DNA of 32,000 bases from NCBI RefSeq assembly GCF_000829155.1, contig NZ_AP013293.1, positions 253,353-285,352 of the forward strand. The letters are read 5' to 3'. The translations under genes were made by a program, and so were the position numbers. Source of the stretch: Candidatus Karelsulcia muelleri PSPU (GTDB lineage Bacteria; Bacteroidota; Bacteroidia; Flavobacteriales; Blattabacteriaceae). Under the pieces are notes generated by a model that searched no databases, was not told the origin of the DNA, and was given only the letters and a program-made list of their open reading frames with translations. The stretch's first letter is position 1. Every line of letters starts with the position of its first letter. Shown here one piece after another: positions 1 through 9,532 of this stretch.

Positions 1-48
1 AGCTTCTCAAAAATTACCAGTAAAAACAAAATTTATAATTTCATATAA
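1..48 (+). CDS. possible 3' end of ribosomal protein L29 gene (partial; frame uncertain)
   Basis: rpmC normally sits immediately upstream of rpsQ. Frame 1 reads ...SFSKITSKNKIYNFI* (stop 46-48), loosely like the L29 C-terminal RRxIARIKT box. Frames 2 and 3 are also open into the window edge (stops at 59-61 and 19-21). Too short to decide. Confidence 0.2.
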   Translation, partial: SFSKITSKNKIYNFI

Positions 49-66
49 TTTAAATATATAAAATAT

Positions 67-327
67 ATGCAAATATCGAAAAATAGTAAAAAAAAAATAG
101 GATTTGTTATAAGTAATAAAATGAAAAAAACAATAATTATATCTGAAATTAATAAAAGAAAACATCCTTATTATAAAAAATGTATTTTAAATACAAAAAA
201 ATATTATGTTCATGATGAACATAATATTTCAAATAAAGGTGATTTAGTTAAAATTATTGAAACTAGACCTTTAAGTAAAAAAAAATGTTGGAGATTATTA
301 AAAATCATAAAAAAGTCTAATTATTAA
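67..327 (+). CDS. rpsQ: 30S ribosomal protein S17
   Basis: 86-aa ORF with S17-like core (..KTIIISEINKRKHPYYKK...YYVHDE...GDLVKIIETRPLSKKKCW). Lies directly upstream of rplN as in the conserved cluster. Confidence 0.93.
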   Translation: MQISKNSKKKIGFVISNKMKKTIIISEINKRKHPYYKKCILNTKKYYVHDEHNISNKGDLVKIIETRPLSKKKCWRLLKIIKKSNY

Positions 328-343
328 TAAAATATAATGTTAA

Positions 344-712
344 ATGTTACAACAAGAATCAATAATTAAAGTAGCAGATAATTCTGGAGCTAAAAAAGTT
401 TTATTAATAAGAGTTCTAGGAGGAACAAAAAAAAAATATGCTTATATAGGGGATAAAATAATAGTTTCTATAAAAGAAGCAATAGCAGGATCTAGTGTAA
501 AAAAAGGGCAAGTATATAAAGCTGTTGTCGTAAGAACAAGAAATAAAATAAGACGTAAAGATGGATCTTATATTAGTTTTGATGATAATGCTTGTGTATT
601 ATTAACTAATACAGGAGAAATTAAAGGTACACGTATTTTTGGACCAGTTTCTAGAGAATTAAGAGATAAAGAATATACTAAAATTATATCATTAGCTACA
701 GAAGTATTATGA
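344..712 (+). CDS. rplN: 50S ribosomal protein L14
   Basis: 122 aa. [18 protein letters not shown]...[11 protein letters not shown]...VVRTR is near-universal L14 sequence. The TGA stop overlaps the rplX ATG (ATGA). Confidence 0.97.
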   Translation: MLQQESIIKVADNSGAKKVLLIRVLGGTKKKYAYIGDKIIVSIKEAIAGSSVKKGQVYKAVVVRTRNKIRRKDGSYISFDDNACVLLTNTGEIKGTRIFGPVSRELRDKEYTKIISLATEVL

Positions 713-954
713 AAATAAAAATAAAAAAAGGTGATTATGTTATGATTTTAACAGGTGAAAATAAAACAAAAAAAGGAATTATAAAAAAAATAATTCCTAA
801 ATTAAATAAAGCAATTGTAAATAATATAAATTTTATAAAAAAACATGTTAAACCAATAAATATAATAAGTAAAGGTAAAATTATTGAAAAAGAAGCCCCT
901 ATTCATATATCTAATCTTTATTTATTAAATAAAAATAAACTAAAAAACCAATGA
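709..954 (+). CDS. rplX: 50S ribosomal protein L24 (shortened, 81 aa)
   Basis: KOW-type N-terminus ([19 protein letters not shown]) in the conserved slot between rplN and rplE. Shorter than the usual ~100 aa. Confidence 0.9.
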   Translation: MKIKIKKGDYVMILTGENKTKKGIIKKIIPKLNKAIVNNINFIKKHVKPINIISKGKIIEKEAPIHISNLYLLNKNKLKNQ

Positions 955-1499
955 CTTATTGTCCAAGACCTAAATTTTTGTATAAAACAAAAATAATTAA
1001 TGAATTAATAAAAAAATTTAATTATAAATGTGTAATGCAAGTTCCAAAACTTACTAAAATAGTATTAAATCAAGGAATTAATATATCTGTTTTTGATAAA
1101 AAAACTAGAGCTAATGCTCTAAATAATATTAAAGCAATTACAGGTCAAAATGCTATTTATTGTTTATCCAAACGTGATGAATCTGGTTTTAAATTAAGAA
1201 AAGGAACTCCTATAAGTATTAAAGTAACTTTAAGAAGAAATATTATGTATGAATTTTTAGATAGATTAATTAACATAGCTCTACCTAGAGTTCGTGATTT
1301 TAAAGGAGTAAATAAAAAGAGTTTTGATGGAAAAGGAAATTATAATTTAGGAATTTTGGAACAAATGATATTTCCAGAAATAAGTTTTAATTATATAAAA
1401 ACCAATATTGGCATGAATATAACATTTGTTACTTCATCTAAAAATGATAAAGAAGCTAAATATTTATTACATTTATTCGGATTACCTTTTAAAAAATAA
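951..1499 (+). CDS. rplE: 50S ribosomal protein L5
   Basis: 182 aa. ..[20 protein letters not shown].. and ..LPRVRDFKG...[12 protein letters not shown] are L5 hallmarks. ATGA overlap with rplX. Confidence 0.96.
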   Translation: MTYCPRPKFLYKTKIINELIKKFNYKCVMQVPKLTKIVLNQGINISVFDKKTRANALNNIKAITGQNAIYCLSKRDESGFKLRKGTPISIKVTLRRNIMYEFLDRLINIALPRVRDFKGVNKKSFDGKGNYNLGILEQMIFPEISFNYIKTNIGMNITFVTSSKNDKEAKYLLHLFGLPFKK

Positions 1500-1503
1500 A
1501 AAT

Positions 1504-1773
1504 ATGTCGAAAGAATCTATAAAAGCAAGACAAAAAAAACGAAAAATAATGGTATTAAAATATTTAAAAAAACGTGAATTATTAAAATTCAATAAAGATT
1601 ATGAAGGTTTACAAAAATTACCCAGAAATTCTTCTCCAGTACGTTTACATAATTTATGTTCTTTAACTGGAAGATCAAAAGGGTATATGAGAAAATTTGG
1701 AATATCCCGTATTGAATTTAGACGTTTAGCATCTCAAGGGTTTATCCCAGGTGTTGTTAAAGCCAGTTGGTAA
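1504..1773 (+). CDS. rpsN: 30S ribosomal protein S14 (long form)
   Basis: ORF-track entry 1426..1773 trimmed to ATG 1504 ([13 protein letters not shown]...). The upstream extension overlaps the rplE 3' end. The C-terminus ..[17 protein letters not shown] is the canonical S14 ending. Confidence 0.93.
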   Translation: MSKESIKARQKKRKIMVLKYLKKRELLKFNKDYEGLQKLPRNSSPVRLHNLCSLTGRSKGYMRKFGISRIEFRRLASQGFIPGVVKASW

Positions 1774-1788
1774 CTAAATAATAATATT

Positions 1789-2190
1789 ATGATTACAGAT
1801 AAAATAGCTGATTGTTTAACTAGAATTAGAAACGGATATTTATCAAAAAATTTGATAATTGAAATTCCATTTTCAAATTTAAAAAAAGACATAATTAATA
1901 TTTTATATAATCAAGGTTTTATATCAAGTTATAAAATAATAAAAATAAATAAATTTAAATTAATTATAAAAGTAGCTATGAAATATAATAAATATACAGG
2001 TATATCTGTAATAAAATGTATAAAAAGAATTAGTAAACCTAGTTTAAGAAAATATTGTAATTCTAAAAATATACCTCGTGTACTTAATGGATTAGGAATT
2101 GCAATTATATCGACTTCTAAAGGTGTTATGACTGATAAAAAAGCACGGGAAAAAAAAATTGGAGGAGAAATAATATGTTATATTTATTAA
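1789..2190 (+). CDS. rpsH: 30S ribosomal protein S8
   Basis: 133 aa with N-terminus [16 protein letters not shown] and C-terminus ..[11 protein letters not shown], typical of S8. Conserved position. Confidence 0.96.
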   Translation: MITDKIADCLTRIRNGYLSKNLIIEIPFSNLKKDIINILYNQGFISSYKIIKINKFKLIIKVAMKYNKYTGISVIKCIKRISKPSLRKYCNSKNIPRVLNGLGIAIISTSKGVMTDKKAREKKIGGEIICYIY

Positions 2191-2204
2191 AATATTAATT
2201 ATCT

Positions 2205-2753
2205 ATGTCTAGAATTGGTAATATACCTGTGTTAATACCTAATAATGTTTTTGTAAAAAAAAAAAAAAAAATTATTTATATAAATGGACCTTTAGGAGAA
2301 TTAAGTCAAAAAATTATAGGTGATATTAATATTAAAATTAATACTAATTATATTATTTTAAAACTAAAATATAATGATAAAAAAAATAGAGCTTTACATG
2401 GATTATATCGTATGTTGATTTTTAATATGATAAAAGGTGTATTAAATGGATTTAAAAAAAAATTAGAATTAATAGGTATAGGATTTAAAGCCAATAAAAA
2501 TGGACAAATTTTAGATTTAAATATAGGATATTCTCATAATATAATAATAAAATTACCTAAAGAAATAATTTTAGAAGTAAAAATGGAAAAAAATAAAAAT
2601 CCTAAGATAATTTTAAAATCTTATGATAAACAATTATTAGGAATAGTTGCCGCAAAAATAAGGTCTTTAAGAAAACCTGAACCCTATAAAGGAAAGGGAA
2701 TTCGTTATATAAATGAATATGTTAGAAACAAAATAGGCAAATCAGCGAAATAA
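2205..2753 (+). CDS. rplF: 50S ribosomal protein L6
   Basis: 182 aa. MSRIGNIPVLIP... and ..KPEPYKGKGIRY are L6 motifs. Contains an in-frame A17 run (2255-2271). Confidence 0.95.
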   Translation: MSRIGNIPVLIPNNVFVKKKKKIIYINGPLGELSQKIIGDINIKINTNYIILKLKYNDKKNRALHGLYRMLIFNMIKGVLNGFKKKLELIGIGFKANKNGQILDLNIGYSHNIIIKLPKEIILEVKMEKNKNPKIILKSYDKQLLGIVAAKIRSLRKPEPYKGKGIRYINEYVRNKIGKSAK

Positions 2754-2763
2754 ATTAATTATT

Positions 2764-3093
2764 ATGAATAAAAAAAGAAGAAAAGATAAAATTATAAATA
2801 AAATATTTGGTTTTTTAGAAAAACCTAGAATATCAATATTTCTAAGTAATAAGCATATATATGCTCAAGTTATAGATGATTATAAAGGGCATACTTTAAT
2901 TTATACATCTTCAAAAGAAATAAGATATAAATTAAAAAAAGAAAAAAAATCTTTTATTATAGGTCAAATATTAGGAAATATAGTAAATTCTTATGGAATT
3001 ACTAAAATAGTATTTGATAGAAATGGATATATCTATCATGGAAGAGTAAAAGCTTTAGCCGAAGGCTTAAGAAATGTAGGATTACAATTTTAA
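2764..3093 (+). CDS. rplR: 50S ribosomal protein L18
   Basis: 109 aa. ..HIYAQVIDD... and FDRNGYIYHGRVKALAEGLRNVGLQF are canonical L18. Confidence 0.95.
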   Translation: MNKKRRKDKIINKIFGFLEKPRISIFLSNKHIYAQVIDDYKGHTLIYTSSKEIRYKLKKEKKSFIIGQILGNIVNSYGITKIVFDRNGYIYHGRVKALAEGLRNVGLQF

Positions 3094-3098
3094 TTGTT

Positions 3099-3611
3099 AT
3101 GAAAAAAAAAAAAAAAAAAATAAAAACTTTAGAATTAAAAGAAAAATTAGTTATGATTAATAGAGTTTGTAAAGTAACTAAAGGTAGAAGATATTTTAGT
3201 TTTACAGCTTTAGTAATAAAAGGAGATAGAAATGGAGTTGTAGGTTATGGTTTTGGAAAAGCAAAAGAAGCACCAGATGCAATATATAAAGCAGGTGAAA
3301 AAGCAAAAAAAAAATTATTAAAAATAAATATTATTAAAGGAGGTACAATACCTCATGAACAAGAAGCCAAACATGGGGGGGCTCGTGTGTTTATTTGTCC
3401 GGCCTCAGAAGGAACTGGGATAATTGCTGGTGGTGCGGTAAGATCTGTTTTAGAAGCTGTTGGCTTAAAAAATGTATTATCTAAATCAAAAGGATCTTCT
3501 AATAAACATAATTGTATAAAAGCTACAATTTTAGCTTTATCTAAAATAAGAACTGTCAATACTATAGCTCTAGAAAGAGGAATATCTATAAAAAAAATAT
3601 TAAAAGGATAA
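3099..3611 (+). CDS. rpsE: 30S ribosomal protein S5
   Basis: 170 aa. ..INRVCKVTKGRRYFSFTALVIKGDRNGVVGYGFGKAKEAPDAI.KA.. is the canonical S5 dsRBD. Begins with ATG followed by an A19 run (K6). Confidence 0.96.
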   Translation: MKKKKKKIKTLELKEKLVMINRVCKVTKGRRYFSFTALVIKGDRNGVVGYGFGKAKEAPDAIYKAGEKAKKKLLKINIIKGGTIPHEQEAKHGGARVFICPASEGTGIIAGGAVRSVLEAVGLKNVLSKSKGSSNKHNCIKATILALSKIRTVNTIALERGISIKKILKG

Positions 3612-3662
3612 AATTTGTTACAGTATATAACATTTATTATTAATAAAAATAAATTTAAATAA

Positions 3663-4112
3663 ATGATATTAAATAATTTAAATCCTAAATATGGTTCTGT
3701 AAAAAAAAACAAAAGATTAGGTAGAGGTCAAGGATCTGGAAAGGGGGGAACATGTACTAAAGGACATAAAGGAGCAAAAGCTCGTTCAGGAAATTTCAAA
3801 AAAATAGGTTTTGAAGGTGGTCAAATGCCTTTACAAAGAAGAATACCCAAATTTGGATTTAAAAAAAAAAATAAAACAAAATATTTTTTATTAAATTTAG
3901 ATACATTACAATATTTAATAAAGATTGGAACTATTACTAAAATAGTAAATAAAGAAATTTTATTAAAAAAAGGAATTTTAAATAAAAAAAAATTATTAAA
4001 AATTTTAGGTAGAGGAAAATTAAAATCTAAAATAGATATTACTGCTAATAAATTTAGTAAAACAGCATATGATGAAATTAAAAAGATGGGTGGAAAAATA
4101 ATATTATCATAA
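3663..4112 (+). CDS. rplO: 50S ribosomal protein L15
   Basis: 149 aa. ..[26 protein letters not shown].. is the L15 signature. Confidence 0.95.
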   Translation: MILNNLNPKYGSVKKNKRLGRGQGSGKGGTCTKGHKGAKARSGNFKKIGFEGGQMPLQRRIPKFGFKKKNKTKYFLLNLDTLQYLIKIGTITKIVNKEILLKKGILNKKKLLKILGRGKLKSKIDITANKFSKTAYDEIKKMGGKIILS

Positions 4113-4114
4113 TT

Positions 4115-5422
4115 ATGAAATTTTTTTTTAGAAGATTAAAAAAAAAAAAAATATATAATACATTATTAATTATATTAATATATCGTTTGGGATCTTTTAT
4201 TACTTTACCTTTTATAAATAAAATTTATAAAAATGATGTTTTATTAAAAACAAATAATAGTTATAAAGTATTCATTAATATGTTAACTTCTTTAACAGGA
4301 GGTGCATGTAATAGAGCATCTATTTTTGCTTTAGGAATAACGCCTTATATATCAGCCTCAATATTTACACAATTAATGTGTTATATTTTTCCTTTTTTTT
4401 ATAAAATTCAACAAGATGGGGAAATAGGTAAAAAAAAATTAAATACTATTACTAGTATAGTAACTATAATAATATCCTTAATACAAGCACCTTTATATAT
4501 TTTAATACTTATTGAAAATAATCTTAAAGACAAGCCAGATTATTTGAATTTTATTTCAATTTATGGAAAAAATTTATTTTTGATTACATCAATAATATGT
4601 CTAACTACAGGAACATTTTTTACAATGTGGTTAGGAAAACAAATTAATAAAAAAGGAATAGGAAATGGAAATTCATTAATAATAATAAGTGGAATATTAT
4701 CTCGTTTTATAAATTCTCTGATATGTGAAATATTAAATCGTCTAAAATATAATTATTTTTCAGGTAGTTTAATATTATTATTTGAATTTTTTATTTGGGG
4801 TTTAATTATTGGTTTTTCTATAATTATAATTAATTTTGTTAAAAAAATATATATACATTATATAAATAATTTTTCTTTTAAAGAAAAAAATATAGAAGAA
4901 CTTTCTTTAAAAGATGATATTCAATATATTCCTTTAAAAGTCGTTTATTCAGGAGTTATGCCTATAATATTTTCACAAGGAATTTTATTTATAATAATAT
5001 TATTATTAAATAATATTAATATTAAAAGTGTTGTAATTGATAAAATTAAAAATATATATGGGTTATGGTATAATTTATTATATAGTATATTAATAATAAT
5101 TATTACGTATTTTTATACATTTTTATCTATTCCTGTTAATAAAATTTCAGATGATTTAAAACTCAATGGAGTTTATATTCCATCTATAAAACCAGGAAAA
5201 GAAACTTATATTTATTTAAAAAAAATTTTATTACAAATATCTTTTTTAGGATCAATATTATTAGCTATAATAGCTATATTACCGTCAATATTTCTATCTC
5301 TAGGAGGAGATAAAAATTTTTCTTTATTTTTTGGGGGAACTTCATTAATAATTCTAGTAGGAGTCTTATTAGAAATAAAAAAAACTGTAAATAGTAATTT
5401 ATTAAATTATAATAAATTTTAA
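4115..5422 (+). CDS. secY: preprotein translocase subunit SecY
   Basis: 435-aa polytopic membrane protein in the canonical slot after rplO. ..IFALGITPYISASIFTQL.. is the SecY TM2 signature. Confidence 0.93.
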   Translation: MKFFFRRLKKKKIYNTLLIILIYRLGSFITLPFINKIYKNDVLLKTNNSYKVFINMLTSLTGGACNRASIFALGITPYISASIFTQLMCYIFPFFYKIQQDGEIGKKKLNTITSIVTIIISLIQAPLYILILIENNLKDKPDYLNFISIYGKNLFLITSIICLTTGTFFTMWLGKQINKKGIGNGNSLIIISGILSRFINSLICEILNRLKYNYFSGSLILLFEFFIWGLIIGFSIIIINFVKKIYIHYINNFSFKEKNIEELSLKDDIQYIPLKVVYSGVMPIIFSQGILFIIILLLNNINIKSVVIDKIKNIYGLWYNLLYSILIIIITYFYTFLSIPVNKISDDLKLNGVYIPSIKPGKETYIYLKKILLQISFLGSILLAIIAILPSIFLSLGGDKNFSLFFGGTSLIILVGVLLEIKKTVNSNLLNYNKF

Positions 5423-5435
5423 TTAATTAAAAATT

Positions 5436-5651
5436 ATGGCCAAAGAACAACAGATTGAAGTAGATGGAATAGTTTTAAATGCATTACCTAATGCAATGTT
5501 TAAAGTAGAATTAGAAAATAAATGTATTGTAACTTGTCATATTACAGGTAAAATGCGAATGAATTATATTAAAATTTTACAAGGTGATAAAGTTCGTTTA
5601 CAAATGTCTTCTTACGATTTAAGTAAAGCTAGAATAATATATAGATATTAA
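5436..5651 (+). CDS. infA: translation initiation factor IF-1
   Basis: 71 aa. ..[37 protein letters not shown]...[12 protein letters not shown] is canonical IF-1. Confidence 0.97.
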   Translation: MAKEQQIEVDGIVLNALPNAMFKVELENKCIVTCHITGKMRMNYIKILQGDKVRLQMSSYDLSKARIIYRY

Positions 5652-5707
5652 AATTTTATAATTTAAATAATTATATATATTTATATTATAATTTAAATAT
5701 TAATTTT

Positions 5708-5824
5708 ATGAAAAAGGTAACATCTATAAAAAAAAGAAGTGAAAATTGTAAATTTGTTAAGCGTAAAGGTCGTTTAAGAATTATTAATAAATTAAATCCT
5801 AAATTTAAACAAAAACAAGGTTAA
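5708..5824 (+). CDS. rpmJ: 50S ribosomal protein L36 (38 aa; missing from the ORF track)
   Basis: Hand translation from ATG 5708 gives [38 protein letters not shown], with TAA at 5822-5824. The last A of that stop is the first A of the rpsM ATG (TAATG). It sits in the conserved infA-rpmJ-rpsM position. The single-Cys form resembles Bacteroidota L36 as I recall it. Confidence 0.9.
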   Translation: MKKVTSIKKRSENCKFVKRKGRLRIINKLNPKFKQKQG

Positions 5825-6204
5825 TGGCTATAATTTCAGGAATAGATATTCCAAATAATAAAAGAGGATTAATAGCTCTTACTTATATATTTGGAATAGG
5901 TCTTAGTACATCTAAAAAAATATTTAAAAATACAGGTATTGATGAAAATTTGAAAGTTTCAAACTGGTCAGATGATAATCTAAATAAAATAAGAAAATAT
6001 ATATCTTCTAATCTAAAAATAGAAGGAGAATTAAAGTTTGAAATACAATTAGATATAAAAAGAATGATTGAAATTGGATGTTATAGAGGAATACGTCATA
6101 GAATAGGATTACCTGTTAGAGGTCAAAAAACTAAAAATAATTGTAGAACAAGGAAAGGTAAAAAAAAAACAGTTGCAAATAAAAAAAAAAAAATTAAATC
6201 ATAA
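5824..6204 (+). CDS. rpsM: 30S ribosomal protein S13
   Basis: 126 aa. [26 protein letters not shown].. is the canonical S13 N-terminus. The C-terminal K-tail is encoded by an A13 run. Confidence 0.96.
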   Translation: MAIISGIDIPNNKRGLIALTYIFGIGLSTSKKIFKNTGIDENLKVSNWSDDNLNKIRKYISSNLKIEGELKFEIQLDIKRMIEIGCYRGIRHRIGLPVRGQKTKNNCRTRKGKKKTVANKKKKIKS

Positions 6205-6218
6205 TTAATTTAAAAAAA

Positions 6219-6581
6219 ATGGATAAAAAAAAAAATTCAGTTATAGGAGAAGTTCATATAAAATCAACATTTAATAATATTATAATAACATTAACAAATA
6301 AAAAAGGAGATGTTATTGCCTGGTCTTCAGCAGGAAAAATGGGATTTAAAGGTTCTAAAAAAAATACCCCATATGCTGCTCAAGTAGCTGCAGAAGATGT
6401 TGCTGAAAAAGGATTTAATGCTGGAATAAAAAAATTAGAGGTAATAATAAAGGGGCCAGGTGCTGGAAGAGATGCGGCTATTCGTGCATTAGTAAATAAA
6501 AATTTTAATATATTAGTAATAAAAGATATTACCCCTATTCCTCATAATGGGTGTAGACCTCCTAAAAAAAGAAGAATTTAA
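6219..6581 (+). CDS. rpsK: 30S ribosomal protein S11
   Basis: 120 aa. ..[25 protein letters not shown].. and ..[14 protein letters not shown] are S11 signatures. Confidence 0.96.
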   Translation: MDKKKNSVIGEVHIKSTFNNIIITLTNKKGDVIAWSSAGKMGFKGSKKNTPYAAQVAAEDVAEKGFNAGIKKLEVIIKGPGAGRDAAIRALVNKNFNILVIKDITPIPHNGCRPPKKRRI

Positions 6582-6593
6582 ACAAAATAATAA

Positions 6594-7208
6594 ATGGCAA
6601 AATATATAGGACCAAAAACTAAAATTTCCCGTAAATTTGGAGAATTAATATATGGTAATTACAATAAAAGTTTTGAAAAAAAAAAATATCCACCTGGTCA
6701 ACATGGAAATAATAGTCGTAGAAATATAAAAAAATCATTTTATTCTATTCAATTATTAGAAAAACAAAAAGTTAAATATACTTATGGAATTTTAGAAAGA
6801 CAATTTAGAAAAATGTTTTATAAAGCTTCAAAAAAAAAAGGAATTAAAGGTGAAATACTTTTACAATTATGTGAATCTAGATTAGATAATATTGTTTATA
6901 GATTAAAATTATCACATTCTAGACCTGAAGCAAGACAATTAGTATCACATCGTCATATTACTGTTAATGGAAAAATTGTAAATATTCCTTCTTATAATTT
7001 AAAACCAGGAGATAAGATTTCTTTAAAAGAAAAATCTAAAAAACATAAAGCCATTATCTATGATTCTAATAGATTATTAGGCTCTCTAAAAAAATGGTTA
7101 AGTTGGGATAATAAGAAAATGATAGGTATCTTTAAATCAATTCCAAAAAGAAAACAAATTCCTGAAAAGATTAATGAAAACTTAATAGTAGAATTATATT
7201 CTAAATAA
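6594..7208 (+). CDS. rpsD: 30S ribosomal protein S4
   Basis: 204 aa. N-terminus [16 protein letters not shown] plus an S4 RNA-binding domain ([27 protein letters not shown]). Confidence 0.96.
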   Translation: MAKYIGPKTKISRKFGELIYGNYNKSFEKKKYPPGQHGNNSRRNIKKSFYSIQLLEKQKVKYTYGILERQFRKMFYKASKKKGIKGEILLQLCESRLDNIVYRLKLSHSRPEARQLVSHRHITVNGKIVNIPSYNLKPGDKISLKEKSKKHKAIIYDSNRLLGSLKKWLSWDNKKMIGIFKSIPKRKQIPEKINENLIVELYSK

Positions 7209-7220
7209 AATTAATTATAT

Positions 7221-8222
7221 ATGTTTTTTTCAAGTTTTACAAAAAATAAAAATTTAATAATATTAAAATTAACTCCTGAAGAAGGGTCTTTTAAAATAGA
7301 ACCATTATATCCTGGATGGGGGTTAACAATTGGAAATTCACTTAGAAGAGTACTTTTATCTTCTTTAGAAGGATATGCTATATCATCAGTTAAAATTGAA
7401 GGAGTAAATAATGAATATTCGACAATAAAAGGGGTAATAGAAGATATGACCGAGATTATTTTAAATCTTAAAAAGATACGTTTTAAAAAAAAAATAGAAG
7501 ATGAAGATTTCGAATCAGCAGAATTTAATATTATTATTAATAATAATAAAAAAGAAATAACTGCTGGTGATTTAGGTGAATTTATTAATTTATTTGAAAT
7601 TATAAATCCTTATTTAATTATTTTAAATAAAGAAAAATTAATTTCTTTAAAGATTACTCTTGTAATAAAAAGAGGGATAGGTTATATTCCTTCAGAAAAA
7701 AATCAAGATATGCCTAATATAATAGGAACAATTCCAATTGATACTATATTTACTCCTATAAAAAAAGTTAAATATAAAATCGATAATTGTAGTATCAATA
7801 CAAATCCATTTTATGAAAGTCTTATTTTAAAAATAAAAACTGATGGGTCTATAAATCCTCGAAAAGCATTAACTAGAGCTTCTAATCTATTAATAAGACA
7901 TTTTCAATGTCTGTCAAATGAAAAAATATTATTAGAATATAAAAAACCAAAGAAAAGAAATAAATATGATAAAAAAATTTTAAAAATGCGGAAACTTTTA
8001 AAATCTTCATTAGAAGAAGAAATAGATTATTTATCTGTAAGAACTTTAAATTGTTTAAAATCTGCTAAAATCTTTACATGGGGAGATTTAGTTAAATATA
8101 ATAAATCGGATTTATTGAAATTAAAAAATTTTGGAAGAAAATCTTTATCTGAATTAGATAAAAGAATGAAAAAATTAAATATATATTCTGGCATGGATAT
8201 TTCTATATATAAATTAAATTAA
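7221..8222 (+). CDS. rpoA: DNA-directed RNA polymerase alpha subunit
   Basis: 333 aa. The N-terminal domain has ..[21 protein letters not shown]... The C-terminal domain has ..[14 protein letters not shown]...GDL... Conserved position between rpsD and rplQ. Confidence 0.95.
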   Translation: MFFSSFTKNKNLIILKLTPEEGSFKIEPLYPGWGLTIGNSLRRVLLSSLEGYAISSVKIEGVNNEYSTIKGVIEDMTEIILNLKKIRFKKKIEDEDFESAEFNIIINNNKKEITAGDLGEFINLFEIINPYLIILNKEKLISLKITLVIKRGIGYIPSEKNQDMPNIIGTIPIDTIFTPIKKVKYKIDNCSINTNPFYESLILKIKTDGSINPRKALTRASNLLIRHFQCLSNEKILLEYKKPKKRNKYDKKILKMRKLLKSSLEEEIDYLSVRTLNCLKSAKIFTWGDLVKYNKSDLLKLKNFGRKSLSELDKRMKKLNIYSGMDISIYKLN

Positions 8223-8224
8223 AT

Positions 8225-8599
8225 ATGAGACATAGAAAAAAAAATAATAATTTAGGAGTAATTAGTTCACATCGTAAATCAATGTTATCGAATATGGCTT
8301 CTTCTCTTATAAAGAGAAAGAGAATTATGACTACTTTAGCAAAAGCTAAAGCATTAAGAAAATATATTGAACCTTTACTTACGAAAAGTAAAAAAAATAC
8401 AATTCATTCTAGACGAAGAATATTTAAATATTTGAATGATAAGCAATCTGTTTTAGAACTTTTTTATAAGATATCATCAAAAATATATAATCGTCCTGGA
8501 GGTTATACAAGAATTATAAAAACGGGATTTCGTGTAGGTGATTCTTCAGAAACTGCAATGATTGAATTAGTTGATTATAATAATCAATATAAAAAATAA
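8225..8599 (+). CDS. rplQ: 50S ribosomal protein L17
   Basis: 124 aa. [25 protein letters not shown].. is the canonical L17 start. Last gene of the alpha operon. Confidence 0.95.
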   Translation: MRHRKKNNNLGVISSHRKSMLSNMASSLIKRKRIMTTLAKAKALRKYIEPLLTKSKKNTIHSRRRIFKYLNDKQSVLELFYKISSKIYNRPGGYTRIIKTGFRVGDSSETAMIELVDYNNQYKK

Positions 8600-8725
8600 T
8601 AATATGTTGTAAAAGTTTATTCTTTATTTGTGACTAATGTTGATATTATCCAAAAATAAATAAATTTCTAATTATATTCTTTTATATCGTATTTAATAAT
8701 CTTTAGGTAAGAAAAAAAAATAGTA

Positions 8726-9502
8726 TTATATATTTATAATTCCTTTATAAACAAAGTGAACTTCTCCCTTTAAAAAAATATTTTTATAATATTTAAGTAA
8801 TTTTTCAAACTTAACTTGTAAAGTACCTCCTAGGGTTTTTACTATAATTTTATTATATAATATTTTTTTAATATGATAAGCTGCAATGGCAGAAGCTGTA
8901 ACTCCTGTTCCACAGGAAAAAGTTTCATTTTCTACTCCACGTTCATAAGTTCTAACATATAAAATATTGTTCTTAATTTTAACAAAGTTAACATTTACTC
9001 CTGTTTTTCTATATTTTTTATTAAATCTAATTTTTTTACCTTCCTTATATACATTTATATTATTTATTTTATCTTTAAAAAGAATATGATGTGGGGATCC
9101 TGTATTTAGATATATATGTTCTGGATAAACTTTCACAAGTTCAACATTTTTCATATTTAATGAAACAATATTTTTTTTTATTGATGCAGAATGATATCCA
9201 TCTATTGATTTAAATAATGTATTAGTCTTATTTATAATTCCTATTTTTTTTGCAAAATGAACAGAACATCTTCCTCCATTTCCACACATACTTCCTTCTT
9301 TTCCATCAGAATTATAGTATTTCATATAAAAATCATATTTTTTATTTTTTTCAATTAAAATTAGACCATCAGCCCCAATTCCTAAATTTCTATTGCACAT
9401 ATTTTTAATTATTTTTTTATTTAAAAAAAATGATTTTTCAATATTATTAATTATAATAAAATCATTTCCTGTTGCTTGATATTTAAAAAAAATAATTTTC
9501 AT
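8726..9502 (-). CDS. dapF: diaminopimelate epimerase
   Basis: ORF-track entry trimmed to ATG 9502 (MKIIFFKYQATGNDFIII.., the usual DapF start). Both catalytic Cys motifs are present (..SDGKEGSMCGNGGRC.. and ..ERGVENETFSCGTGVTA..). Confidence 0.9.
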   Translation of the reverse strand: MKIIFFKYQATGNDFIIINNIEKSFFLNKKIIKNMCNRNLGIGADGLILIEKNKKYDFYMKYYNSDGKEGSMCGNGGRCSVHFAKKIGIINKTNTLFKSIDGYHSASIKKNIVSLNMKNVELVKVYPEHIYLNTGSPHHILFKDKINNINVYKEGKKIRFNKKYRKTGVNVNFVKIKNNILYVRTYERGVENETFSCGTGVTASAIAAYHIKKILYNKIIVKTLGGTLQVKFEKLLKYYKNIFLKGEVHFVYKGIINI

Positions 9503-9532
9503 AAATTTTTTTAAAAAAAATTTTACATATAA

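Noticed and set aside
709-954. Possible UGA reassignment (code 4), as in some tiny-genome symbionts
   Set aside because: TGA terminates rplN (710-712), rplX (952-954) and trxB (24251-24253) at the expected protein lengths. Trp positions use TGG. The code is standard.
1426-1503. Upstream ORF extensions: rpsN (1426-1503), dapF (9503-9559), mutL (13951-14043) and the holA fragment (22310-22360)
   Set aside because: In each case the extension overlaps the neighbouring gene or spacer, and homology begins at an internal ATG. I trimmed to the homology-supported starts.
3353-3712. 119-aa minus-strand ORF antisense to rpsE and the rplO start
   Set aside because: It lies entirely opposite strongly conserved ribosomal protein genes. 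The product is low-complexity with no recognisable motif. It is open only because the rpsE sense strand is locally GC-richer. Treated as spurious.
5423-5435. Absence of adk/map between secY and infA
   Set aside because: Many bacteria have adk and/or map here, but I am not sure the flavobacterial ancestor did. I cannot distinguish loss from ancestral order without the whole genome.
8600-8725. Longest noncoding spacer (126 bp, rplQ/dapF convergent): searched for a small RNA, terminator hairpin or gene remnant
   Set aside because: It has no GC island, no convincing inverted repeat and no ORF remnant that I could recognise. It may hold degraded terminators, but I cannot support a call.
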